Shown one piece after another: positions 1 to 8,458 of a stretch of DNA of 55,433 nt. Source of the DNA: a virus (Duplodnaviria > Caudoviricetes); the IMG/VR virus record IMGVR_UViG_3300044707_000152, positions 1 through 55,433 of that record, one strand, 5' to 3'. Position 1 is the first letter of the stretch, and each line of letters begins with the position of its first letter. The translations under genes and the position numbers were made by a program. The notes beneath the pieces are model-generated. The model worked only from the letters and a program-made list of their open reading frames with translations, did no database searches and had not been told where the DNA came from.

Positions 1-362
1 TTATCCCTGATCCTCAAGTTGGCCGTGCGCTTTACTTCCAAGCCAAGCGCAACAATGGCTACTGGGATGCTAACACTGATTTCGACGAACGCCTTACCCG
101 TCTGAAGCTCGGCATCAATCGTATCATCGGCGACTACGCCTTTGGTTACGACATCAACGCCGCTCGTTTCAACGCTGACACTGCCTTCAATGCAACGCTT
201 CCAGCTTTCAATGAAGCTGATCCTGCGACATGGGCACGTCTCGTTCGCGTTCCTCGTTACATCAAGGTTGTCCAAGAAAACGGCTGCTCCTATGTTCCTA
301 ACCGCGCTTACCGCAATGCCGACTTCGGTATCTCGGTTGCTATGGTTAACAAAGCAATGTGC
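1..362. repeat. Terminal near-duplicate (left copy) of 55072-55433
   Basis: Manual alignment: colinear, no gaps, about 18 substitutions, with identical stretches at both ends. Confidence 0.95.
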
Positions 363-674
363 AAATGGACAATGCCATCCTCGACTGGATACGGCCAAGC
401 CCAACAGATGACCCAGAACTACGCTGGTGATTGGGAATGGAAGAACCCAGATTGGGAGTGCAACCGCTGGCGCAAATCGGGCTTCTATCAAGCTCAGTTC
501 CGTCTCGCCGCACAGGTCAAAGACCCAACCATCATGCACTCGTTCCTGCATCGCCTGCCTAAGAGCAAGAACCTCTACGGTTCCTGCTGCCCAGTTCAGA
601 GCTACATCGTTCCTGAAAACAATCAGGACTGCTATAGCTGCGCTGGTGTGGGTGACATCGTTGTGCCTTCCTAA
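1..674 (+). CDS. Major capsid protein, C-terminal part (continues the ORF starting at 54333; about 470 aa when joined)
   Basis: Open frame from base 3 (IPDPQVGRALYF...) to TAA at 672-674. The first 362 nt duplicate the window end. Position after portal and scaffold; strongly biased codon usage typical of a highly expressed gene. Confidence 0.8.
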   Translation, partial: IPDPQVGRALYFQAKRNNGYWDANTDFDERLTRLKLGINRIIGDYAFGYDINAARFNADTAFNATLPAFNEADPATWARLVRVPRYIKVVQENGCSYVPNRAYRNADFGISVAMVNKAMCKWTMPSSTGYGQAQQMTQNYAGDWEWKNPDWECNRWRKSGFYQAQFRLAAQVKDPTIMHSFLHRLPKSKNLYGSCCPVQSYIVPENNQDCYSCAGVGDIVVPS

Positions 675-682
675 GTTAAATA

Positions 683-710
683 GGGGAGGGGCTTATTCAA
701 GCCTCTCCCC
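683..710 (+). terminator. GC-rich hairpin after the capsid gene (no U-tract; weak terminator or mRNA stabiliser)
   Basis: GGGGAGGGGCTT-attc-AAGCCTCTCCCC. Confidence 0.55.
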
Positions 711-734
711 ACAACCTTAAATAAAATACAAAAT

Positions 735-1352
735 ATGTCTAATTCACGACCACTCGCTTATGATCGCGTCAACTTGTTTGGCCCGATTGCCGTTAACCTC
801 CTCGCTGCTGGAGACGCTGACCTCCTCGTTCTTAACGACGAAGACACTAAGTTTTTTCCAACAAACATTGTTCTTGAGAACGCTTACGTTCGTGGAACTA
901 CTGCAACTGATCCAGTAATCGTTATTGATAATGGAACCAATGGACAAGATATTATTCCATCAACTACTATTACTGATGCTGATGATAATCAAAGGTTTTC
1001 AAACCTTTTAATTCCAGTAGGTAATTCAGTTCCTGTTATTACTGGTTCAGCAAAACTTCGTTTGCGTAAAACGACTGTTGGACTCGGACAAGCTACTGCA
1101 ACTCGCGCTCGCACTGCTGGCGTTGCTACAATCGTTACTGGTGCTGCTCATGGTTTTTCCACGGGTGACACGATCACGATTGCAAACATGACTGACACTA
1201 CGTTCAATGATGTGCAGGCTGAAGTTACTGTCGTTAACTCGACCACCTTCACCTATGCAAACGCTGGCGTAAATGTCGCTTCCGGTGCTGATACTGCTGG
1301 ACGTGTTGGCGCACTCTACGTGAATGCCTACGTTGTTGGTATCTACTACTAA
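735..1352 (+). CDS. Virion structural protein (possible head decoration protein)
   Basis: 205 aa, directly after the capsid gene; beta-rich C-terminal domain with HGFSTGDTITI...TFTY motif common in virion proteins. Confidence 0.55.
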   Translation: MSNSRPLAYDRVNLFGPIAVNLLAAGDADLLVLNDEDTKFFPTNIVLENAYVRGTTATDPVIVIDNGTNGQDIIPSTTITDADDNQRFSNLLIPVGNSVPVITGSAKLRLRKTTVGLGQATATRARTAGVATIVTGAAHGFSTGDTITIANMTDTTFNDVQAEVTVVNSTTFTYANAGVNVASGADTAGRVGALYVNAYVVGIYY

Positions 1353-1363
1353 ACCTAAACCTT

Positions 1364-1392
1364 GGGTGGGGGAGTTATATTCTCCCTCACCC
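1364..1392 (+). terminator. Stem-loop after 735-1352
   Basis: GGGTGGGGGAG...CTCCCTCACCC followed by a T-rich stretch. Confidence 0.5.
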
Positions 1393-1410
1393 TTACCCCT
1401 TTTCTAAATT

Positions 1411-1674
1411 ATGGCTTGTTTCACATCTCTTCCTTACCGCGATAAAACCTATCCATTTCTTCAAACTATTTTTGCTGCTACTGAACTTACTCCCATTTCT
1501 TTTGGTTGCTATGATGCAGCAAGTGATGCCTCCAAGCTCTATCAGTTTTACCTTGGCTTCGCAACCATTGGCGGCCTCACCCCAGTTACTGAAAATTGCT
1601 TTGTGCAAAAAACTGAAGACCAGCAATACTTCCTCACTAACGAAGCTCTTGCTACTGCTCTTAACCCAGCGTAA
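1411..1674 (+). CDS. Hypothetical virion protein with internal C-[FY] repeats
   Basis: 87 aa; three units starting CFTSL / CYDAA / CFVQK that resemble the N-terminal repeats of the next gene. Confidence 0.6.
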   Translation: MACFTSLPYRDKTYPFLQTIFAATELTPISFGCYDAASDASKLYQFYLGFATIGGLTPVTENCFVQKTEDQQYFLTNEALATALNPA

Positions 1675-1696
1675 TTATCGTTAACGATAAAATATT

Positions 1697-3784
1697 ATGC
1701 CGACTGATTCACAGTTCTTAGATGGAACAAGCGATATTCAACGCCTTGCTATTTTGCGAGCAGCAGAAGCGCAAGGGACATATATTAGTCCACTGACTGA
1801 CACTTGTTTCAAAGATGCAACTGAAGATGTCCAGAGGCTTGAAATCCTTCGTGCTATTGAAGGCATATCGGGCGGTGGATCAGGAACTGTTACAAGCATA
1901 ACTGGTGGAACTGGACTTACTGGTGGAACAATTACCACTTCTGGAACACTTGCTGTTAGCTATGGCACTACTGCTGGAACAGCTTGCGAAGGTAATGATT
2001 CTCGGCTTTCGGATTCTCGCACTCCAACTGGTTCTGCTGGTGGTGATTTGGCTGGAACATACCCCAATCCTACTGTAGATGGATTGCAAGGAACTCCGGT
2101 AAGCAACGCAACACCAGTCAATGGACAAGTTTTGCAATACAATGGAACAAGTTGGGTTCCGGGGACTATTCCTTCTGGCGGGTCTGGTGGTGGTGGTGTA
2201 ATTTATTATTTGAATTTCAACACAGCAGCAGACGCTCCTGTAACAAATATTCCTCAAACTCCAAACGCATCGAAAGAACTTGGAATTGTTGGAGAAACAA
2301 CAGCGACAAGTTATCTTTCTCCAATTCTCTCTACTGCGACTTACGACTTTCTCGCATCGTTTGTTACTGATCTCAATGTTCCATCTGCTACAGCAATCCC
2401 TGCTGGCATTTGGGATTTTAATATTTTTATAGAATCAACGACTACAAACTCTGCAAACCAAATTCGTTTCAAAGTTGAAGTTTTGAAATATGATGGAGTA
2501 AACGCCCCAACGCTCCTTGCGACTTCTAACGACGTTTACATCTACGATCCATCTGAAATTAACCAACAGGTTGCATCAGTAGTCATGCCACAAACTACGA
2601 TTCTTGCAACTGATCGAATCCTTGTTTATTTGTATGGACGAGCGAATCAAAACAACAATCGTCTTACATTCCATTTTGGCGGGAACTATCCATCACATAC
2701 TCACACAACAATGCCATCCGTCACAGGAACTGGCGTTGTTAAAGTAGTCAATGGCGTATTCCAATCACCAGCATCCACGATTGTAAATGCTGACGTGTCT
2801 GCAACCGCAGCTATTGAAGTAAGCAAACTTTCTCAAGCAAGTAATCGAATCCTTGGCAGAACAACTGCTGGAACTGGATCGGTTCAAGAGTTGAGTGTTG
2901 CAGGCAATCTTACGCTTGCATCTGGAACACTAACTTCACTTTCTCCTCAAATTGATATTTATACTGCATCAGGAACTTGGACAAAACCAGTAGGCGCAAG
3001 GGAAGTTGTAGTTCAATGTGTGGCTGGTGGTGGTGGTGGTGGTTATGGTGGCAAGCAGACTGCTGGAACTGCAGTTTTTGGCGGTGCTGGTGGTGGTTCT
3101 GGTGGTTATTCTCATGCTTCAATTAACGCATCAGAACTTACAGATGCAAGTTATACAATAACTGTAGGTAGTGGAGGAACTGGAGGAGTTGGAACTACTT
3201 TAACAAACGCTACTCTCGGAACGCTTACATCATTTGCTGGTATCACTCAAGGAACACTCGTCAGAGCTTCTGCGGGTGGGACTGTTGCTGGCAATGGAGG
3301 CACAGTCGCACCAACATCAGGTGGTGCTGGTGCGCCAGCAGGAAATGGTGGAGGAGCGGCAAACATAACTGGAACTGGAGGGTCAGGTAGCGGAACAAAC
3401 TTTGCTCCATCAAGTGGAGGTGCTGGTGGTGGCATAACTGCGGCGGCAGTTGTTGGATCGTTGACAGGTGTATTCAATGGAGGAACGAGCGGAACTAATC
3501 ATTTTGTTGGTTTGATAAGCAACGGAGGCGTTGCAAGCGCAACAGCAAATGGAGGTTCTGCAACCCAAACTACTCCAAGAACACTATCTACATTGATGAT
3601 TAATGGCTCTGGTGGTGGCGGCGGCGGTGCTTGTTCATTCGCTACTGGCTCTGGTGGAAATGGAGCTAATGGAACTGGATATGGTTCTGGTGGCGGTGGT
3701 GGAGGATCGACTATTGGTTCCGGCGACCGAAGCAACGGAGGCAATGGCGCACCCGGAGCATTAATGATTACAACATATTTTTAA
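1697..3784 (+). CDS. Glycine-rich tail/head fibre protein
   Basis: 695 aa; GTVTSITGGTGLTGGTIT and AGGDLAGTYPNPTV fibre motifs; C-terminal Gly-rich domain (YTASGTWTKP...GGGGGG). Confidence 0.75.
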   Translation: MPTDSQFLDGTSDIQRLAILRAAEAQGTYISPLTDTCFKDATEDVQRLEILRAIEGISGGGSGTVTSITGGTGLTGGTITTSGTLAVSYGTTAGTACEGNDSRLSDSRTPTGSAGGDLAGTYPNPTVDGLQGTPVSNATPVNGQVLQYNGTSWVPGTIPSGGSGGGGVIYYLNFNTAADAPVTNIPQTPNASKELGIVGETTATSYLSPILSTATYDFLASFVTDLNVPSATAIPAGIWDFNIFIESTTTNSANQIRFKVEVLKYDGVNAPTLLATSNDVYIYDPSEINQQVASVVMPQTTILATDRILVYLYGRANQNNNRLTFHFGGNYPSHTHTTMPSVTGTGVVKVVNGVFQSPASTIVNADVSATAAIEVSKLSQASNRILGRTTAGTGSVQELSVAGNLTLASGTLTSLSPQIDIYTASGTWTKPVGAREVVVQCVAGGGGGGYGGKQTAGTAVFGGAGGGSGGYSHASINASELTDASYTITVGSGGTGGVGTTLTNATLGTLTSFAGITQGTLVRASAGGTVAGNGGTVAPTSGGAGAPAGNGGGAANITGTGGSGSGTNFAPSSGGAGGGITAAAVVGSLTGVFNGGTSGTNHFVGLISNGGVASATANGGSATQTTPRTLSTLMINGSGGGGGGACSFATGSGGNGANGTGYGSGGGGGGSTIGSGDRSNGGNGAPGALMITTYF

Positions 3785-3786
3785 TT

Positions 3787-4002
3787 ATGGAAATCGACGA
3801 TTGGGCAATAATCAATACGGCAGGCGGATGGCTTGAAATGGTTGTCCGTTGGGATGGGAATACCGAAACATGGCCAATTCCAGAAGGAACATACGCAGTT
3901 CGCCGTTCAGAAATAAATTTAGATTCCCTTCCATTGAGTCCAGAAATTTTAAACGATCCAGTCGAGATTTTCGTTGACATCGAAGAAGCTGGATCATATT
4001 AA
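3787..4002 (+). CDS. Small fibre-associated protein
   Basis: 71 aa directly after the Gly-rich fibre (WAIIN...VVRWDG...W). Confidence 0.55.
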   Translation: MEIDDWAIINTAGGWLEMVVRWDGNTETWPIPEGTYAVRRSEINLDSLPLSPEILNDPVEIFVDIEEAGSY

Positions 4003-4074
4003 CACTTTCATTGTTGAAAAACTCAACAAGAAAAACAAAAACACAAAAACTAAACTAAACAACATAAACTAATT

Positions 4075-5652
4075 ATGCCAAACAACGACATCAACCGCAC
4101 ACGCTTCAGTAATCGTCATCGTCTTCTCGGTGATCCAGCAGGAGCAGGCGCACCGCAATCCGCTCTCACAGCAGAGTTGGCCCACAACGAAAACGACAAC
4201 ATCCTCTACATCGGAACTGGCAATGACGGAGCAGGTAATGCTACCGCAATCGTCCCAATCGCTGGTGAAGGTCACTTCTCGACCCGTAGCTATGCTGAGT
4301 CCCTGAGTGGTGGAGTTCAATCCGCCCTCGACGCAGAGGTTACTGCACGTCAAACTGCGGTGAGCGAACTTTCCAGCCGAGTTGACGCTATTGTGTCCAA
4401 CACGGATGCAGCGGCCCTTGACTCCCTCTCGGAAATCGTTACCGCTTTCCAAGGCGCAGATAGCGACCTCAATGGTGCTATCACCGCTCTCGGCACATCG
4501 GCCACATCGGCCATTGGTGCAGAGCAAACCCGTGCTGAAGCCGCAGAAGCTGCCCTCGCTTCGGATATTTCCGACGAAGAAGCCGCTCGTATCGCCGCTG
4601 ATAACATCCTGACTGGCGATGTCAGCAATCTCGTTAGCCGCGCCAACACCAACGACACTCGTAGCACCGCTATTGAGACTGCCGCTGGTATTGTCGAAGG
4701 CCGTGTGAGTGAAGCTGAAACAGACATTATCGCAATTGAAAACGCTGCTACGACCTTGACTGGCCGTGTTAGCACTTTGGAGAGCGATCTCGCTTCCGAG
4801 GTTTCCGCACTTGAATCCGCTATTAGCTCCGAGCAAACCCGCGCCGAAGCTGCTGAGTCCGGTCTTGCTGACGACATCGCCAGCGAAACCTCCGCTCGTG
4901 AAGCTGCTATCTCTGCGGAACAAACCGCACGTGCTGCTGCCGTTTCTGCCGAAGCAACTGCTCGCGCTGCTGCGATCTCTGCTGAGACCACTGCCCGTGA
5001 ATCCGCTATCTCGGCTGTTAATAGCCGTGTTGACAGCGTTCTCTCGAACATCGACCCTGCTGCCCTTGACAGCTTGACCGAAGTTGTTGCCGCCTTTCAA
5101 TCGGCTGATAGCTCCCTCACGGACGCAATCACCAACCTGACTGCTGGTTCTGCTGCCGCTGTTGCTGCTGAAGAGACCCGCGCTCTTGCCGCTGAAGCCG
5201 CTCTGCAAACTGCAATCGACAACGAGGTTTCTGCTCGTCAGACCGCTATCAGCGATCTCGCTTCGGAAATTGCCAGTGATATTGCAGACGAAGTTACTGC
5301 ACGCACAAGCGACGTTCAGAGCGTCCGCGATGTTACCGACAACCATGAGACCCGCCTTTCGTCGGCTGAAGGCACGATTGCTGGTCTTGGCACAATGTCA
5401 ACCCAGAACTCCAACAACGTAAACATCACTGGTGGTTCTATCAGCGGTGTTAACCTCCAAGCCTCCAGCATGGAAATCAGCGGTGCAGGTTCGACTGCAC
5501 TCTTCGTTGGTGCTGCTGGTTCGGTTGGTATCGGAACTGAAACTCCTTCCACTGCGCTCGACGTTGTTGGATCGGTCACTGTTTCGCAAGACCTCATCGG
5601 TTCTGGAACAAGCGTTCTCCGTGGATTCGTCCTCGCTGGCGGCACGTTCTAA
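4075..5652 (+). CDS. Ala/Glu-rich coiled-coil fibre protein
   Basis: 525 aa; N-terminal ELAHNENDNILYIG anchor motif, repeated E..AR.AA heptads, duplicated AALDSL.E[IV]V.AFQ.ADS segment, C-terminal VGIGTETP. Confidence 0.75.
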   Translation: MPNNDINRTRFSNRHRLLGDPAGAGAPQSALTAELAHNENDNILYIGTGNDGAGNATAIVPIAGEGHFSTRSYAESLSGGVQSALDAEVTARQTAVSELSSRVDAIVSNTDAAALDSLSEIVTAFQGADSDLNGAITALGTSATSAIGAEQTRAEAAEAALASDISDEEAARIAADNILTGDVSNLVSRANTNDTRSTAIETAAGIVEGRVSEAETDIIAIENAATTLTGRVSTLESDLASEVSALESAISSEQTRAEAAESGLADDIASETSAREAAISAEQTARAAAVSAEATARAAAISAETTARESAISAVNSRVDSVLSNIDPAALDSLTEVVAAFQSADSSLTDAITNLTAGSAAAVAAEETRALAAEAALQTAIDNEVSARQTAISDLASEIASDIADEVTARTSDVQSVRDVTDNHETRLSSAEGTIAGLGTMSTQNSNNVNITGGSISGVNLQASSMEISGAGSTALFVGAAGSVGIGTETPSTALDVVGSVTVSQDLIGSGTSVLRGFVLAGGTF

Positions 5653-5673
5653 TCTGAACTAAAAACAAATAAC

Positions 5674-5711
5674 ACCCTGCCGTTACAATGACGTAGCGGC
5701 AGGGTTATTTT
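5674..5711 (+). terminator. Rho-independent terminator
   Basis: ACCCTGCCGTTAC / GTAGCGGCAGGGT stem followed by TATTTT. Confidence 0.7.
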
Positions 5712-5732
5712 GGCAATTTATTTTTTAATATT

Positions 5733-6404
5733 ATGGCACTTACAGACAACCTACAGGCTTTTTATAAACTCTCCGACACTTCTGATTCGTCCGGCAATAA
5801 TCGCACCCTCACCAACAATGGTAATGTTTCTTTTGCTTCAGGCAAGATTGGAAATGCTGCTGTGTTTGATGGAGAAAACTTTTTTAATTTTTCTGTAAAT
5901 AACACTATCAAAACCGTTTCTTGCTGGTTTAAAACGGAATCTCAAAACAGTTATAATGTTTTGCTTGAATTTTTTAATGCTCAACTTCAATTCATCGGGA
6001 GCGGTCAACTAAGAGTAAATGGTCAAGATGGAGAAGAGGTATTTGGTGATAATGTAAATGACGGAAATTGGAAACACGCGGTTTTTGTTTTGGATGAAAA
6101 CGTAAATAGTGCATATTTAAATGGCACGAAATACTTGCTGTCCACAAGTTACACTGAATTAAATTCCGGAGAAGTTGCAGTAGGAGCTACTCTGGGAGGA
6201 GTTTGGGACAAATGGATTGGTCAAATCGACGCAGTTGGTATCTGGAACAGAGCATTGAGCGACGCAGAAGTTGCTGAACTCTATAACAACGGAACTGGAC
6301 TTGAGATTGACAACGGAGGCAATGGCGGTGGTGGTGGAAATCCAACGCTTGTCAAAATGCAAGCTCCAGTTAAATTCTTCGGAAAAGTTAAATTTGGAGT
6401 ATAA
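5733..6404 (+). CDS. LamG / concanavalin-A-like lectin domain virion protein
   Basis: GKIGNAAVFDG, TVSCWFK, DGNWKHAV and GQIDAVGIWNRALSDAEVAELYN motifs. Confidence 0.85.
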   Translation: MALTDNLQAFYKLSDTSDSSGNNRTLTNNGNVSFASGKIGNAAVFDGENFFNFSVNNTIKTVSCWFKTESQNSYNVLLEFFNAQLQFIGSGQLRVNGQDGEEVFGDNVNDGNWKHAVFVLDENVNSAYLNGTKYLLSTSYTELNSGEVAVGATLGGVWDKWIGQIDAVGIWNRALSDAEVAELYNNGTGLEIDNGGNGGGGGNPTLVKMQAPVKFFGKVKFGV

Positions 6405-6410
6405 AATCAA

Positions 6411-6656
6411 ATGCCGTCCGAAACCGAAATCCCAACACGCATCCTCCCATTGCAGAGTTTAATCCCCGGTGCTAAACCATCAACTGCTCAATGGATCGAA
6501 CGCGAAATTGCGATCAACGTGACGGACGGCAAGATTTACGTTCGGGTTGACGAGGCTCCAATCCTCGTCGCCGAGCGTATGCCTACACCACCAAGCAACA
6601 CTGGAACATTTGCACTTAAAGTTGTGAATGGAGTTTACACTTGGGTTGAAGAATGA
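6411..6656 (+). CDS. Small fibre-anchor-domain protein
   Basis: EIAINVTDGKIY motif like the N-terminal anchor of phage fibre/tropism proteins. Confidence 0.55.
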   Translation: MPSETEIPTRILPLQSLIPGAKPSTAQWIEREIAINVTDGKIYVRVDEAPILVAERMPTPPSNTGTFALKVVNGVYTWVEE

Positions 6657-7021
6657 AAATCCTTGTTTCCATATTTGTTATTTTATTGACAAGCTGCACA
6701 TCTACTCCCCCAGTAGATCAACCGCAATTCGTCGGTAAATACAAAAATGCTTGTTTGCCAGAAGCAATTGCGATGACGCAAGCATTGAAACAAAGTGGAA
6801 TTCAAGCAAAAGTTCTCATTGTAAACACTCCGAAATTTAGCCATGCGTTGTCATGCTACCTTTATCCAACAAACCAAAACAAACTTTGGGTTTGGGATTC
6901 ATATTGGAAAAGCATGAACCTTCGCGCATGGTGGAATGATTCGGATTCGGTTGCAAAAGAATGGCTGAAATGGTGCAGTGCAGAAACCAAACTTACGAGT
7001 TCTCACTTTATAGAAAACTAA
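6653..7021 (+). CDS. Lipoprotein with a transglutaminase/papain-like Cys-His-Asp triad
   Basis: Signal peptide with LTSC lipobox; NAC...HAL...WVWD. Confidence 0.55.
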   Translation: MKILVSIFVILLTSCTSTPPVDQPQFVGKYKNACLPEAIAMTQALKQSGIQAKVLIVNTPKFSHALSCYLYPTNQNKLWVWDSYWKSMNLRAWWNDSDSVAKEWLKWCSAETKLTSSHFIEN

Positions 7022-7025
7022 TCTT

Positions 7026-7247
7026 ATGATGGAGCAAGACGACATTCAACGAACACTCGGAATACTTTCCGGTAAACTTGATCTTGTGTTAGAAAATCAA
7101 AAAGACTTTGGCAGCAAATTTGCTGACTTTGAAAAACGACTACGCTCCTTAGAATCTCATCGCGGCTACGCATTCGGAATTATTGCAGCAGCGGCATTTA
7201 TTTGGACAGTGTTTTTTGAGTTCGTCAAAAACAAAATTGGAAATTGA
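7026..7247 (+). CDS. Coiled-coil plus C-terminal TM protein (XhlA/holin-like)
   Basis: 73 aa; FEKRLRSLE then a hydrophobic helix; lies in the lysis cluster. Confidence 0.55.
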   Translation: MMEQDDIQRTLGILSGKLDLVLENQKDFGSKFADFEKRLRSLESHRGYAFGIIAAAAFIWTVFFEFVKNKIGN

Positions 7248-7249
7248 AA

Positions 7250-7408
7250 ATGAAACCTAACCAACTTGCGCTTGTGCTGATTTTGATTTCACTTGTATTT
7301 CTTGCAATGGCATTTTTGAGTGGATGCACAACACTTGGCGTTTCATTAGAGACAGACTACGGGAGGCTGACATACGAACTGCCCGAACCAAAAGGAACAA
7401 AGAAATGA
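7250..7408 (+). CDS. Small lipoprotein (possible spanin component); not in the ORF track
   Basis: MKPNQLALVLILISLVFLAMAFLSGC... 52 aa with LSGC lipobox; ATGA overlap with the next gene. Confidence 0.65.
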   Translation: MKPNQLALVLILISLVFLAMAFLSGCTTLGVSLETDYGRLTYELPEPKGTKK

Positions 7409-7578
7409 AAAAAACAATTAACGCATTGCTCGCAAAGTTAAGCGAGAATTCTACATGGCGCGGTTTGATTCTGATTGCTACGGCAGCAGGGGTTAAACTT
7501 GAGCCAGAACTCCAAGAGGCTATTCTTGTTGCAGGACTCGGCCTTGTTGGGTTAATCAATATTATCCGTAAAGGCTAA
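7405..7578 (+). CDS. Holin-like membrane protein
   Basis: Likely start ATG 7405; ENSTWRGL motif, two hydrophobic segments, basic C-terminus; directly precedes the endolysin. Confidence 0.65.
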   Translation: MKKTINALLAKLSENSTWRGLILIATAAGVKLEPELQEAILVAGLGLVGLINIIRKG

Positions 7579-7580
7579 TC

Positions 7581-8120
7581 ATGGTTCCTAACTCCAGACC
7601 GCAACAAGCGAAAGAGAAGACCCTTGCCATGGTAATCAAGGCAGGGATTGAAGATCGCGTTGCTCTGGTAGGAATAAGAGGATACTACTCTGAAACATTT
7701 GCGCCATCTGGAAACCAAAGGGGAATTTATGATGACGCGATTATTCTTCTATCACCTTCAGTCCATGCTACATTCAATGCAAATACTGATCCATCTGTAT
7801 ATCGAAAAGGTATCGCGGTTCTTAAAACGGGCGTTCACCGCTTTCGTAAAGGCAATCATGGTATCAGCAAGCCCGGAGGTGGCTATCCAGCGTTGCGACC
7901 TGCTAACTCCAAAGAGGAGTTGCCTGTTACGCGAGACATTACTGGAGACGATATGGGCATCGCTATCAACATCCATAAGGGTAGTTACAAATCAACTTCC
8001 TCGGAAGGATGTCAAACAATCTACCCTTCACAGTGGGACGGATTCATCAACCTCGTCTATTCAGAAATGAATAGATACAACCAAAAAACGATTCCATATC
8101 TATTAGTGGAAAACACTTGA
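7581..8120 (+). CDS. Endolysin, L,D-transpeptidase (YkuD)-like
   Basis: INIHKG...SSEGCQT catalytic His/Cys motif; follows the holin-like gene. Confidence 0.7.
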   Translation: MVPNSRPQQAKEKTLAMVIKAGIEDRVALVGIRGYYSETFAPSGNQRGIYDDAIILLSPSVHATFNANTDPSVYRKGIAVLKTGVHRFRKGNHGISKPGGGYPALRPANSKEELPVTRDITGDDMGIAINIHKGSYKSTSSEGCQTIYPSQWDGFINLVYSEMNRYNQKTIPYLLVENT

Positions 8121-8152
8121 CTTAACCTAAACTATCGTTAACGATAAAAACT

Positions 8153-8458
8153 ATGAGTTGCGGAAATTCCAGAAGTTCTAAATGCAATCCATGCGGCCCA
8201 AGTGAGGCGGCATTGAATGAGATTGTAAATCGTGCAGCTTACTATGCTCGTATCGCAGTTGAGGCCGCTGGAGGCACAACGGGCGGCAAGGCTCCAACTG
8301 GTGGAAATACCTTCGGAGTATTCTACGAGAATGACCAAGTAATGGTAACTGACTACACCATCACAACCGACCGCAACGCCATGTCAGCAGGGCCAATCAC
8401 AGTAAACCCCGGAGTAACTTTAACAGTGCCAGCAGGCAGCACCTATACAATCGTATGA
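8153..8458 (+). CDS. Tail-associated adaptor protein
   Basis: FYENDQ...NAMSAGPITV...VTLTVPAGSTYTIV, a motif common in fibre-cluster genes; Cys-rich N-terminus. Confidence 0.65.
   Translation: MSCGNSRSSKCNPCGPSEAALNEIVNRAAYYARIAVEAAGGTTGGKAPTGGNTFGVFYENDQVMVTDYTITTDRNAMSAGPITVNPGVTLTVPAGSTYTIV

Noticed and set aside
1-362. Diversity-generating retroelement TR/VR pair formed by the two end copies
   Set aside because: Mismatches are mostly synonymous third-position changes, not adenine-specific, and no reverse transcriptase is present
4069-5346. 425-aa and 233-aa antisense ORFs over the coiled-coil fibre gene
   Set aside because: Shadow ORFs expected from the biased codon usage of the plus-strand gene; no recognisable motifs
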